This document shows positions 41,299-50,971 of a stretch of DNA of 64,000 nt, piece by piece. The DNA comes from Phormidium sp. (lineage in GTDB: Bacteria; Cyanobacteriota; Cyanobacteriia; Cyanobacteriales; Aerosakkonemataceae). Location: contig CP143273.1 of the NCBI GenBank assembly GCA_051013385.1, forward strand, positions 1,600,001 through 1,664,000. The letters are read 5' to 3'. The notes under the pieces were generated by a model. It was not told the DNA's origin. It did no database searches and was given only the letters and a program-made list of their open reading frames with translations. Both the position numbers and the translations under genes were made by a program. Within the stretch, counting starts at the first letter, position 1. Each line of letters opens with the position of its first letter.

Positions 41299-41982
41299 AT
41301 GGCTAGAATTTTACTCATTGATAATTATGACAGCTTTACCTACAACGTTTCTCAGTGTTTTAGCGTTCTTAAACTCGGAACAGCTAACCCTATAATTGAG
41401 GTTATTCGTAACGATCAGATTACTGTAGAAGAGGTGAGAGAAAAAGTGAAAGATGGTTACTATAAAGCAATAGTGATTTCACCTGGGCCAGGTCGCCCTT
41501 CAGACGCAGGTATAACAATGGATTTAATTAGAGATCTGGGGCCAAGTTATGAAAGTGAACAAGAATTTTGGCCTGGGATTCCTATTCTTGGTGTTTGTCT
41601 GGGACATCAAGCAATTGGTGAAGTATTTGGCGGTCGTGTTATCTTAGCACCTGAGCCAATTCATGGTAGAACTTCACCAATTTATCACCAGGGAAAAGGT
41701 ATTTTTGCTGGCTTACCCGGATACTTTATGGCAACTCGCTATCACTCGTTGATTGTTGAGGCAGAAACCTTACCAGAAGTGTTAGAAGTTACTGCCAGAA
41801 CGGAAGATGGGTTAATTATGGGTCTTCAACATCGTGAATATAGATGGATTCAGGGAGTTCAGTTTCATCCTGAAAGCATCTTGACAGACGCTAAGGTTCG
41901 TGAAGGGTTATTACAAAACTTTCTTAACCTTATTTCAAATCCTACAGAGGATGAATCTGTTGCTGGAGGTTGGGAGGTATAA
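41299..41982 (+). CDS. class I glutamine amidotransferase, TrpG/PabA type
   Basis: IDNYDSFTYN, SPGPG, GVCLGHQ, RYHSL and QFHPES motifs. Confidence 0.95.
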   Translation: MARILLIDNYDSFTYNVSQCFSVLKLGTANPIIEVIRNDQITVEEVREKVKDGYYKAIVISPGPGRPSDAGITMDLIRDLGPSYESEQEFWPGIPILGVCLGHQAIGEVFGGRVILAPEPIHGRTSPIYHQGKGIFAGLPGYFMATRYHSLIVEAETLPEVLEVTARTEDGLIMGLQHREYRWIQGVQFHPESILTDAKVREGLLQNFLNLISNPTEDESVAGGWEV

Positions 41983-42107
41983 TTTTTGTAACTGGTTAAT
42001 TGCTGGAACAGAACCGAAAATTAGACAAAAATTAGCAACTAAAACCGAGCAAAGTTTAAAGGGAAGTTAAACATCAAAAGTCAACAAGGGAAAATAGGCA
42101 ATTGACG

Positions 42108-42296
42108 ATGAAATTAGACCGAATTACCAGGAATCCGAATCGCATGAACGGACAACCCTGCATTCGTAATCTTCGTCTTACGGTTCGTCGGGTAATTGAA
42201 TTATTGGCAACTTATCCTGAACGAGAAGAACTATTCCGAGAGTTCCCTGAATTGGAAGAAGAAGACATTCAACAAGCTCTGATTTTTACATCTTGA
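42108..42296 (+). CDS. DUF433 protein (possibly truncated, no partner toxin)
   Basis: RIT.NP..MNGQPCIR..R.TV...FPELEEEDI motif. Confidence 0.85.
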   Translation: MKLDRITRNPNRMNGQPCIRNLRLTVRRVIELLATYPEREELFREFPELEEEDIQQALIFTS

Positions 42297-42311
42297 TTTA
42301 GATTAATTTTA

Positions 42312-42458
42312 GAACGCAGATGAACGCAGATAAACGCAGATGAACGCAGATGAAATACAGATAAATTTACCCATTGAAAAGGTATAATTTTCTCTACTGT
42401 ACACCCCTGCCCCTCTGCCCCTCTGCCCCTCTGCCCCTCTGCCCCTCTGCCCCTCTGC
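42312..42458. repeat. short tandem repeats (AACGCAGATG-like and CCCTCTGC)
   Basis: Visible 10-mer and 8-mer arrays. Confidence 0.9.
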
Positions 42459-42463
42459 AACCC

Positions 42464-43264
42464 CTAACCGCCTAATTCTTTAGATCTGCGATAAGCTGCT
42501 TTCACTGCTTCAATGATTGCCGATCGCAAACCTGCTTTTTCTAACTCAGCAATTCCCGCAATAGTCGTACCACCTGGACTAGTTACTCTATCTTTTAACT
42601 CAGCTGGATGCATTCCTGATTCTTTCAAAAGTTGGGCTGTACCCAATACAGTTTGTAAAGCTAACTGAGATGCGATCGCTCTCGGTAAACCCGCAGCTAC
42701 TCCACCATCACTCAAAGCTTCAATTAATATTGCCACATAACCGGGGCCAGAACCCGAAAGTCCAGTCACCGCATCCAACATAGTTTCGGGAACTTCCACC
42801 ACTTCGCCCACAGCTTGAAAGATGCGTTTTGCTTGTTCCAGGTGTTCCGGTTTTACTAGCTTACCGGGTGCGATCGCACTGATCCCCGCCCCCACCGTCG
42901 CCGGAGTATTGGGCATAGAGCGAATTACAGGTTGCTGGGGAAATGCCGCTTCTAACTTACTTAAAGGCACTCCCGCTAAAATCGAAATGATTAACGAAGA
43001 TGCCGGAACTTCGGATAATTCGATCGCCACCGCTTCAAATACCTGCGGTTTAATTGCCAAAAATAACACTTCAGTAGATGCCGCCACTTCCCGATTTTCT
43101 CCTGTTACCCCAACGCCGTATTTATCCGCTAAAAAACTGCGCCGTGAAGGTAAAGGATCGCTAACTAAAACATCCGATCCCTGATAGATTCCCAGATTAA
43201 TTAAGCGGGATAAGAGAGCTTCTCCCATTACCCCGCCGCCAATCACACCAAACTTAATTGTCAT
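42464..43264 (-). CDS. proC: pyrroline-5-carboxylate reductase
   Basis: MPNTP, LSGSGP and VTSPGGTT motifs. Confidence 0.98.
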   Translation of the reverse strand: MTIKFGVIGGGVMGEALLSRLINLGIYQGSDVLVSDPLPSRRSFLADKYGVGVTGENREVAASTEVLFLAIKPQVFEAVAIELSEVPASSLIISILAGVPLSKLEAAFPQQPVIRSMPNTPATVGAGISAIAPGKLVKPEHLEQAKRIFQAVGEVVEVPETMLDAVTGLSGSGPGYVAILIEALSDGGVAAGLPRAIASQLALQTVLGTAQLLKESGMHPAELKDRVTSPGGTTIAGIAELEKAGLRSAIIEAVKAAYRRSKELGG

Positions 43265-43390
43265 TTGTTATTTGTCAATAGTCATTTGAAATTTAAGTAG
43301 TAAGTAGTGGGTTCAAGTTTTAACTTTTCAATTAAGAGACTCAAAAAGGCAACTTTTCCCACTACCCACTACCTACTACCTAGTACCTAC

Positions 43391-44005
43391 TTAAAGAGAC
43401 TGAATGAAACGTTGCTCAGTGGTATTTGTCCAAGTGGGTGTAGGAGTTGTCCGAGCCGGACGTGCTGGTTGATTTTGAGGTACTTCGTGAATTACACCAG
43501 ACTGGGTGCTAACTTGTACGCAGCTAGGAGTAAACAAGAAAATGCTTTCGCCAATTCTTTCTTGATGACCATCGATCGCGTAAGTACCACCTGCGATAAA
43601 GTCTACAGCCCTTTGCGCTTGGTCGGGGTCCATCATTGTCAGGTTTAACACTACTGATTTCCGTTCCCGCAAAGCTTGAATTGCTTGGGGCATTTCTTCA
43701 AAAGTGCGTGGTTCCATTACCAGCACTTCCGAAAAGCCATTGTTAACTCCCGGCATTCCAATCACGTTGTTCATTGTTGAGCTAATATTTGTATTTGTGT
43801 TTGTGGTTTCTGGTACTACACTCATGCGATCGCGTAACCGACGACGTTGGCGACTGTCTTCTTCCGTTGTAGTTGGTTGGGTATTCTGTTCTTGGTAGTT
43901 GTTTTGGTACTTACCTCTTTCGTCTACCTCGTCGTATTCATCGTACTCGTAACTCGCTGGTTCATTAAGACCAACGAAATCCTTGAGTTTGCTAAAGATA
44001 TTCAC
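43391..44005 (-). CDS. sepF: cell division protein SepF
   Basis: EP.TFEE...SVVLNL...AQRAVDF..G...IFLFTP. Confidence 0.96.
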   Translation of the reverse strand: MNIFSKLKDFVGLNEPASYEYDEYDEVDERGKYQNNYQEQNTQPTTTEEDSRQRRRLRDRMSVVPETTNTNTNISSTMNNVIGMPGVNNGFSEVLVMEPRTFEEMPQAIQALRERKSVVLNLTMMDPDQAQRAVDFIAGGTYAIDGHQERIGESIFLFTPSCVQVSTQSGVIHEVPQNQPARPARTTPTPTWTNTTEQRFIQSL

Positions 44006-44390
44006 GGTTTTTTACACTCCATTGAAACTAGAGTTCAGTGACGTATGCCAGACTTTAAATGTGACACAATTCAAGACTGGCTGCTCTGTTGAAGATTTGT
44101 CTTCCAGAGCGAGAGTTTTATAGTGAAGCTACGCCCAACTCCACTGGTGGGAGTATACCTGCATTAGTCAAGGCTACCCGACTTCAGGGCTGAGGTTCGC
44201 TTCCACGATTTAAACTAAGGTACTGAACCGAAAAAGCACCCTATTTTATTTATCACGTCTTGACGCTGCAAATATATTAGCGAATGCTTGGTTTAATTCT
44301 ACAGGTGAACAAGAATAATCAATGCTGCATTTCCAGAAATAAATTTTTTCTTTAGTTTACAGCTTTCTTAGTCTCTAACACCATTCGATA

Positions 44391-45074
44391 TTAAGACCGT
44401 TCTCCAAATAGTGTGCGTCCTAAGCGTACCATTGTTGCACCTGCTTGGACTGCTAAATGATAATCTTCAGACATTCCCATTGACAAGTGTTGCATTTGAA
44501 TATGCGACCAATTTTGCTGCTGAATTTTCGCCGCTAGGGAGCGTGTATTTTGAAACAAGCTCAAAATTTCCCCTTCGGTTAAATTCTGGGGGGCAATTGT
44601 CATTAACCCACTGATTTGTAAGTTTTGGCACTGATTAAGTGCTGGTAAATCCTGAAAAAGTTCCTCCTCTGTCCAACCATACTTATTGGGATCGGGTAGC
44701 AGTTTTACTTGCAGCAAAACTTGAGGATTTGTGGACAAAGATGTTGCCAAACGATCCAATGCTTGCGCTAACTTCAAACTGTCTAGGGAGTGAATCCACT
44801 GAAAATGTTCTAAGGCTTTTTTCGCCTTGTTAGTTTGTAAATGACCAATTAAGTGCCAACTAATATCGGGTAAATCTTGCAGTTGAGATTGTTTGGCTGC
44901 GGCTTCTTGGACACGACTTTCACCAAAGTCGCGAATGCCCGCTGCGTATGCTTCCCGCATCGCCTCTACTGATACCTGTTTGCTAACAGCAATTAAGCGA
45001 ACGGTTTCTGGTAATTGTTGGCGAATTGTGGCGATGCGATCGCTAATAGTGGTAAACAATTGAGATGAACTCAT
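44391..45074 (-). CDS. pipY: PLP homeostasis protein YggS/PipY
   Basis: LIAVSK, WHLIGHLQTNK and LSMGMS motifs; ATG at 45074. Confidence 0.96.
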   Translation of the reverse strand: MSSSQLFTTISDRIATIRQQLPETVRLIAVSKQVSVEAMREAYAAGIRDFGESRVQEAAAKQSQLQDLPDISWHLIGHLQTNKAKKALEHFQWIHSLDSLKLAQALDRLATSLSTNPQVLLQVKLLPDPNKYGWTEEELFQDLPALNQCQNLQISGLMTIAPQNLTEGEILSLFQNTRSLAAKIQQQNWSHIQMQHLSMGMSEDYHLAVQAGATMVRLGRTLFGERS

Positions 45075-45788
45075 CAAAATTCCTTGGGTCTGAAACCCCG
45101 TGCTTTAGCACGACTTTGTGTTATTATAGTTGGATGAGTTAACACCCCAACAGGATGCAGACTATATCTGTAAAATGTAAGCTTCAAGTCCCTGTAGAGT
45201 TGCGGCATGAAATAGACCGCACTTTGCAGGGTTTCGCCGATGCTTGCAACCAGATATACGAGGTAGCTACAGCAGAGAATTGCTGGAATACAACTAAGCT
45301 GCATCACTTGGTTTATAAACCAGTGAGAGCAGCTACAGGTCTGAAAGCAAACCATGTTTGTCAAGCGATTCGTCGTGTTATTGGTAATGCCAAAGCTGTT
45401 AAACAAGTTCACAAATTCAGAGCGACATCTATTAGTTTGGATGTTCGGACTTTTCAATATATTGAAGAACTGCAAACTGTTGGCGTTACTTTGATGTGTG
45501 GTCGAGTCAAGTTCAAATTGAGTATTGGCAATTATCAGTTGGCTTTGCTCAGAGGGCAGAAGCCAACAGCTGCTACTCTCAATAAAACTAAACAAGGTGA
45601 CTACTACATCAATATCTGTGTCGATCTGCCTACCGAGCCTACAGGTAAAACACCTAAAGTCATTGGTGTCGATTTGGGTCGCAGGGACATTGCTACTACC
45701 TCTACTGGTAAAGCGTGGAACGGCAAACAGATTGAAAGCGTTCGAGATCGATACAGCAAAGTTAGAGCTAAGGTTCAATCCAAACTTA

Positions 45789-46409
45789 TTAAAGAGCTTC
45801 ATCTTGTTTAACCCCTCTAAAATTCATCTTTTGAATTAACTGAGAGATTTCTATTTGGCGCTCAATATTTCTGTCAACTCCCCATCCAAGCTTGTTTTTT
45901 TTCAAGCTTCCTAGTTCTTGCAGTAACAAAGATTGAGGTTTTTTCAGTTTTAAGTAAGGAATAACCTCTTCTAACATTGAATTAAGTTGCTGTCCACTAC
46001 ATTCAAATCGATGCAAGTCTTTCCATTTTGGTTGATTAATTCTGCTTGTTCTTGTTATCGTCCCAACACTCGTGATTTCTTGTAACCATTTAATTGTTAA
46101 CTCATCACACATAGAGACAATCAGTTTGTAATTGACAACAACTGAGTTTCGTGATTTTCCAACACTTGCCGTTAAACAACCATCTCCATCAATCAATCCA
46201 GCAATATAAGCGGCATCTGCAACACTTAAGTTGTTGCATTGCTTTAAATCGGTTCTCCCCCTTGGTTTTCTGCCATTTTTCTTTAAGAAAGATCGCATAG
46301 AAGGTTCTGTCACGTCATACATTTGACATAACTCTTTTACTGAACTTCCTCTATCAAACTTTGCAAGAATTTCATCTCTGTTTGGATGCAGTTTATTGGG
46401 TGTTGCCAT
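45789..46409 (-). CDS. LAGLIDADG endonuclease with N-terminal HTH-like domain, 206 aa
   Basis: AAYIAGLIDGDG motif, later IPYLKLKK.Q; ATG at 46409 (upstream part of the track ORF is antisense tnpB). Confidence 0.88.
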   Translation of the reverse strand: MATPNKLHPNRDEILAKFDRGSSVKELCQMYDVTEPSMRSFLKKNGRKPRGRTDLKQCNNLSVADAAYIAGLIDGDGCLTASVGKSRNSVVVNYKLIVSMCDELTIKWLQEITSVGTITRTSRINQPKWKDLHRFECSGQQLNSMLEEVIPYLKLKKPQSLLLQELGSLKKNKLGWGVDRNIERQIEISQLIQKMNFRGVKQDEAL

Positions 46410-46422
46410 CTTTGCAAGCCTT

Positions 46423-46452
46423 TGTTCACTACTATTATAGTAGCACTGAACA
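46423..46452 (-). promoter_or_regulatory. TATAAT -10 box inside an inverted repeat upstream of the LAGLIDADG gene
   Basis: TGTTCA-CTACTAT-T-ATAGTAG-CAC-TGAACA; minus-strand TATAAT at 46439-46434. Confidence 0.6.
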
Positions 46453-46859
46453 GTAGACGCCCTAGGAATTCGAGAAGACTTCTTAGAAGGCTCTCTGGGA
46501 GAGAACAAAGATTTCAAAAGTGGTTGAACCACAATATTTCTAAGCAGCTTGTTCTGATGGCTAAACAATTTAATGCGGCATTGGCTTTTGAGGATTTGAC
46601 TAATATCAGAGAATCCTTGAATCAAAAACCAAGGAGTAAAACTGAACGTCGCAGAACTAACAATTGGGCGTTTTACCAATTGCGGTTGTTTACTCAATAC
46701 AAAGCCAATATTGCTGGAATTCAAATTGTATTTGTTCCACCTGCATACACAAGCCAAACCTGTTCTCGCTGCTATCACATTCACCCGGTTAAGGGTAAAT
46801 CCTATCGCAACGGGAAGGTTTTTAAGTGTGGGCATTGTGGACTGGAACATGATGCTGAT

Positions 46860-47035
46860 GTGAATGCGGCTAATGTTATTGCTGCTTTGGGGGCTTCTAT
46901 GGTAAGCAGTCCCGAAAGTCCGGGGATGAGTTGTCAATTAGAGGGGCAATTGTCTCTCTTTCAGATGTCTCAGATCTGTGGCTAAAGCTCCGTACCTTCA
47001 GGTCAGAGTAAGCTTACTGAAAAGTGCGCTGGTGA
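46860..47035 (+). ncRNA. predicted TnpB omegaRNA/reRNA with flank-derived guide (boundaries approximate)
   Basis: Inferred from TnpB biology: overlaps the tnpB 3' end and right-end hairpin; the guide would begin TGAAAAGTGCGCTGG. Confidence 0.5.
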
Positions 47036-47283
47036 ATCAACATCAGCTTATCGTATTCTTCAGTTTGACCTGCACGCCTTAACATTCTAAGGCGATTTTC
47101 TACCAATAAGCGCGAATCAGAACGGCTAATTGGTTCGCAGGTTAGTCCACCAACGGAGGTCATTACCAAAAAAAACAGACGCTGGGCATAGAGTGTGGTA
47201 TACAACTCTTTATGTTCCTCCAACACGCAAACTCGGTAAAGCAGGCCAAATGTAGGATGATTTAGGTAAGTCTCGTTACTCAT
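47014..47283 (-). CDS. pipX: PII/NtcA-interacting protein PipX
   Basis: ETYLNHPTFGLLY and TLYAQRLFFLV motifs. Confidence 0.97.
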   Translation of the reverse strand: MSNETYLNHPTFGLLYRVCVLEEHKELYTTLYAQRLFFLVMTSVGGLTCEPISRSDSRLLVENRLRMLRRAGQTEEYDKLMLIHQRTFQ

Positions 47284-47339
47284 TAATTCGTCAAAGTGGG
47301 ATAATTAATAACGGTTTCAGCTATAAAAATTGACTAGCA

Positions 47340-47495
47340 ATTTTAGATTTTAGATTTTAGATTTTAGATTTGGGATTTGGGATTTTGGGTGCAAGCCCCA
47401 ACCGAAAGTGGGGCGGAATAAATCTAAAATCCAGAGTTTTTGAGCTTTGTCCCCTTGTGGGTGGGGCTTTCTCGAAAATCGAAAATCGAAAATCG
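47340..47495. repeat. heptamer tandem repeats (ATTTTAG / AAAATCG) with GC hairpins
   Basis: Visible arrays; similar arrays at 48723, 49175, 56035 and 63570. Confidence 0.85.
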
Positions 47496-47757
47496 GTTGA
47501 CATGGCAGGACAGTATGGATGAGTGCAGCTGTTGGATAAAATAGCAAACGCTTTGTTCTAAAGGAGTATAAACTTTTTGCTTGCATCTTTCACCAAACAA
47601 AGCACTTGTATCTTTACCCTGGCTATCCAAAGTAGTTAATTTCTATTACTCTTTAATTACTCTATAGCAATTAGGGTCATTTGATGACAATAACAGATTG
47701 CTATTTTACAACGAATGATCAGCGATGATTAATGGTGTCCTTTGTTACTAAAATTTC

Positions 47758-48717
47758 TCACATCTCCCCATTACCCCAAATTACGCGCATTCCCCAAAAT
47801 ACCGCTAATCCTGCCATTGCTAACCAATCTATTCTTAAAAATCGCAGTTGATGCCATTTTACTTGATGTTGATTTGGGCTAGTGAAACCGCGTACTTTCA
47901 TGGCGCTAGAAATTTGTTCGGCGCGTAGTAAAAGGTTTTGTAATAGCCTTTCTGCTACCATCAACCAAACTTTCATACTTCTGCGAATGCCTAATTTTTT
48001 CCAGTTAATTGCCCTTGTCCAGATCGATCGCACTAAGTTCTGAATTTCTTCTAATACTAACGGAATAAACCGCAAAGATAAAGTTAACGTTAGCGCAATT
48101 TCGGTTACAGGCCAATTAAATTTTCGCAGCGGTTGCATTAAACTTTCAATTCCGGTGGTAATTTCTTCCGGTGCAGTGGTTAATAAGAACAAATTGGTAC
48201 TATAAATTAAAGTAAAGAGTAAAGTACTAACGCGAATTGCTAACTCTAAAGACCTGCGAGTAACGGTAAATGGGCCACTTTTGAATAGGATATAATTATA
48301 TTCCGAAAAATCCCCAGCTTGTCGTTGTGGCTTTTGGGGTTGGGTAATTTGCGGAGTTTGCTTGTTTCTTGCTGCCTCTGTTGCGGGAGTCACAGGAATT
48401 ACGCCATTTTCGGGGAGTCTTGGTTGATAGCTTACTGCTAGCCCGTCGGGTGCGATCGCGCTTAAAATAAACACCAGAAAAGTTAAAATTAGCAACCAAC
48501 CCATTTGTTGTCGCCACACTCGCAAAGGAATTCTGGCTGTTAATGTCAGTATAATTAATAATAATACTAACCCAATTCGCAACAGAGAATTAGCCAAAAT
48601 AGGCGCAAATAAAAAACTCATTAACCAGGCAAGTTTTACTCTCGGATCGAGTTTATGTAACCAAGTTATCGGTTGTTCTAAATACAGTCCTAACGGTAGT
48701 GTTTTTAATAAGTCCAT
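47758..48717 (-). CDS. ECF transporter T component (CbiQ/Ycf92-like)
   Basis: LDPRVKL, LRFIPLV.EE and AMKVRGF motifs. Confidence 0.9.
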   Translation of the reverse strand: MDLLKTLPLGLYLEQPITWLHKLDPRVKLAWLMSFLFAPILANSLLRIGLVLLLIILTLTARIPLRVWRQQMGWLLILTFLVFILSAIAPDGLAVSYQPRLPENGVIPVTPATEAARNKQTPQITQPQKPQRQAGDFSEYNYILFKSGPFTVTRRSLELAIRVSTLLFTLIYSTNLFLLTTAPEEITTGIESLMQPLRKFNWPVTEIALTLTLSLRFIPLVLEEIQNLVRSIWTRAINWKKLGIRRSMKVWLMVAERLLQNLLLRAEQISSAMKVRGFTSPNQHQVKWHQLRFLRIDWLAMAGLAVFWGMRVIWGNGEM

Positions 48718-48776
48718 CTGGCAATTTTCGATTTTCGATTTTCGATTTTCGATTGGGAATTTTTTGATTCTTAGAT

Positions 48777-49134
48777 TTATTTGGGCTTTTGAGTTAGCGT
48801 TTTGATGGAAGCGACTGTCATTGCTAAAATTTCATGGTTCTTCCAACATCAGACTTTTAAGCTTTTCGGCAGGCATTAATCCCGACTCTATTAACAACTC
48901 CATCCAATATAAACTTTCATCAGCCTCTTCTTCCACTATTCTGAGTTTCGCAATCAAATCCATTCTAGATTTAGCCCGACAAGCAGCACGGTAATTTGCT
49001 CCTACAGATGTAGCTGAACGTAGTAACTGCTTTCCTATTACTCCAGAGGTGGGATTTTGGGGAAGCGCATTTACCAAGGGAATTACTCTTAATGCGAATA
49101 ACTTCGTTCTATTTTTAAACTGTTGCTCGTCCAT
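48777..49134 (-). pseudogene. four-helix-bundle (IVP-like) protein, frameshifted near the 3' end
   Basis: QLLRSATSVGANYRAA and EEEADES motifs; the tail HEILAMTVASIKTL continues in another frame. Confidence 0.8.
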
Positions 49135-49205
49135 GAGGATGCAATATTGTTGAGCTATTCTACCTCAAAACCAATCGAAAATCCAAAATCTAAAATCTAA
49201 AATCC

Positions 49206-50567
49206 CTAGACGCGAGTGGCACGGTTTTTACTTCCGCTTTCTACTTCACGGGTTTTCTTTCCTCGCCAAAGTAACTTCAAGGGTGTACCTTTGAAGCCTA
49301 ATTGTTTGCGGAATTGGCTTTGAATATAGCGGCGATAGTTATCATTAAAACGTTCGGGATCGTTGACGAAAAGTACAATTGTTGGCGGTTCGCTGGCTAC
49401 TTGTGTTCCATAATAAAGTTTGCCTTGTTTACCTTGACGGCTAACAGGTGGACTATGCCATCTTAAGGCTTCTTCGATTACTTCATTAATTACCGCAGTG
49501 GATACCCGACGTTTATGTTCGGCGGCGGCGACTTCTACCAAATCGAGGATTTTTTCTACTCTTTGTCCGGTTTGGGCACTCACAAAAATTCCCTCAGCCC
49601 AATCCATAAAATTCAAACGAGATTGTAGTTCGTTTTGATGATCGTAAATGGTGTAGGAATCTTTTTCTACAGCATCCCATTTATTGACGACAACTACACA
49701 AGCCCGACCTTCTTCTTCAATGCGTCCGGCTAATTTTTGGTCTTGTTCGGTAACGCCATCTAAAGCATCAATTACTAAGAGGACGACATCGGCGCGACGG
49801 ATAGCTTTAAAAGCGCGGTTAATGCCGAAGAATTCTGGGCCATATTCGACGTTTTTCTTTTTGCGAATTCCGGCGGTGTCAATTAACCGAAACTGTTTGT
49901 CGTTGTGTTGAATAACTGTGTCGATCGCATCTCTAGTAGTTCCCGAAATTGGGCTAACAATTGCGCGATTTTCCCCAACAAAAGCGTTTAACAAACTAGA
50001 TTTTCCTACATTTGGACGACCGACAATTGCCACTTTAATTTCTTCGGTGTCGTCTACTTCTTCAATTGGTGGCAAATAGGTAATTAATCGATCGAGTAAT
50101 TCCCCCGTACCGTTACCATGAATTCCAGAAACAGGGTAAGGTTCGCCTAATCCTAATTCCCAAAATTGGGCAGCTTGAGTTAAACCTTGATCGGGAGATT
50201 CGCATTTGTTAACTGCTAAAAGAACGGGTACTTTTTGAGTCCGCAACCATTCTGCGATTTCTTCATCTCCTGCTGTTGGCCCTGCTTGTCCATCTACTAC
50301 AAATATAGCGGCACTTGCTTCGGCTAATGCTGCCATTGCTTGTTCGCGGATCAATGGTAAAAATTCGGTGTCGTCGTCAAAAACTAAACCACCAGTATCA
50401 ACAACAGTAAATTCCCGATCGCACCAGTAAGCACGCCGATAAGTGCGATCGCGTGTTACTCCTGGTTCATCATGAACAATAGCATCCTTTCCCCCTGCCA
50501 AACGGTTGACAATGGTTGATTTGCCCACATTTGGGCGACCGATAATAGCGACTACAGGCAATGGCAT
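49206..50567 (-). CDS. der: ribosome biogenesis GTPase Der
   Basis: Two GRPNVGKS G-domains. Confidence 0.98.
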   Translation of the reverse strand: MPLPVVAIIGRPNVGKSTIVNRLAGGKDAIVHDEPGVTRDRTYRRAYWCDREFTVVDTGGLVFDDDTEFLPLIREQAMAALAEASAAIFVVDGQAGPTAGDEEIAEWLRTQKVPVLLAVNKCESPDQGLTQAAQFWELGLGEPYPVSGIHGNGTGELLDRLITYLPPIEEVDDTEEIKVAIVGRPNVGKSSLLNAFVGENRAIVSPISGTTRDAIDTVIQHNDKQFRLIDTAGIRKKKNVEYGPEFFGINRAFKAIRRADVVLLVIDALDGVTEQDQKLAGRIEEEGRACVVVVNKWDAVEKDSYTIYDHQNELQSRLNFMDWAEGIFVSAQTGQRVEKILDLVEVAAAEHKRRVSTAVINEVIEEALRWHSPPVSRQGKQGKLYYGTQVASEPPTIVLFVNDPERFNDNYRRYIQSQFRKQLGFKGTPLKLLWRGKKTREVESGSKNRATRV

Positions 50568-50633
50568 GATTCAAAAGCAAAAAGGCAGTAATGGTGTTGA
50601 AGCTTCAACCTTACTATTCTAGCTACTAGTTCA

Positions 50634-50733
50634 CAGTATGTAGTTGCGCTTTAGCGCCAAAAACCCCCAAACAACAAAACTTATCTATATTTTCAGTATG
50701 TAGTTGCGCTTTAGCGCCAAAAACCCCCAAACA
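50634..50733. repeat. two 40-bp direct copies containing the REP-like unit
   Basis: 50634-50673 is identical to 50694-50733. Confidence 0.9.
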
Positions 50734-50799
50734 GTAAACTTAAAAATTCTCTATAAATTTTGTCGCTAATTTATCAATCTTTGTACGCAGATAGAAAGA

Positions 50800-50899
50800 T
50801 CTCGCAGGTAATAGTCGATCGACTTGCGCCTTCCAATGCTGTTGCCAATTCTTCAGATAATACCATGACATCAGGAAAGCGAGTTTTTGCGCGTGAACC
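50800..50899 (-). pseudogene. Uma2-like endonuclease fragment
   Basis: Minus strand encodes GSRAKTRFPDVMVLSEELATALEGASRSTIT. Confidence 0.55.
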
Positions 50900-50971
50900 A
50901 CGAATAAAGTTTTAATTTATTATAATCAGCATACTATCAATTAATTGCTCTAATCAAAAGGAACAAAGATA

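Larger units (their letters stand above)
35211..42053. mobile_element. genomic island flanked by duplicated plsY 3' end (no integrase seen)
   Basis: 35211-35270 and 41994-42053 match at 52/60 nt by manual alignment. Confidence 0.8.
45155..46985 (+). pseudogene. tnpB: TnpB RNA-guided nuclease interrupted by an insertion (join 45155-45785, 46459-46985)
   Basis: GVDLG, FEDL and DADVNAA RuvC motifs, CSRC/CGHC zinc finger; the halves rejoin in frame. Confidence 0.92.
45075..47017 (+). mobile_element. non-autonomous IS200/IS605 (tnpB-only) element
   Basis: Follows TCAT; left hairpin CGTGCTTTAGCACG, right hairpin ending in TTAC; no TSD; removal restores the pipX/pipY ATGA overlap. Confidence 0.88.

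Noticed and set aside
42269..42460. ORF MQRGRGAEGQRG...
   Set aside because: Artefact of the CCCTCTGC tandem repeat.
45074..45802. 242-aa minus-strand ORF
   Set aside because: Antisense to tnpB with no recognisable motifs.
45786..46458. Group I/II intron or intein explanation for the insert
   Set aside because: The ORF is antisense to tnpB, the tnpB frame hits a stop at 45811, there are no intein termini, and only about 50 non-coding nt remain. A U|...G| in-frame join is possible, but I see no ribozyme core.
45789..46937. 382-aa ORF as a single protein
   Set aside because: The first 176 codons are essentially the antisense of the tnpB 3' half plus the insert leader; the plausible gene starts at ATG 46409 inside the insert.
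46386..46985. Independent 199-aa gene
   Set aside because: It is the C-terminal half of tnpB; the first 24 codons come from the insert.
47350..47630. Small ORFs upstream of pipX
   Set aside because: They run through heptamer repeats and hairpins and have no protein-like features.
50634..50733. Possible mini CRISPR array
   Set aside because: Only two copies with a 20-nt gap, the unit is the dispersed REP-like element, and there are no cas genes.
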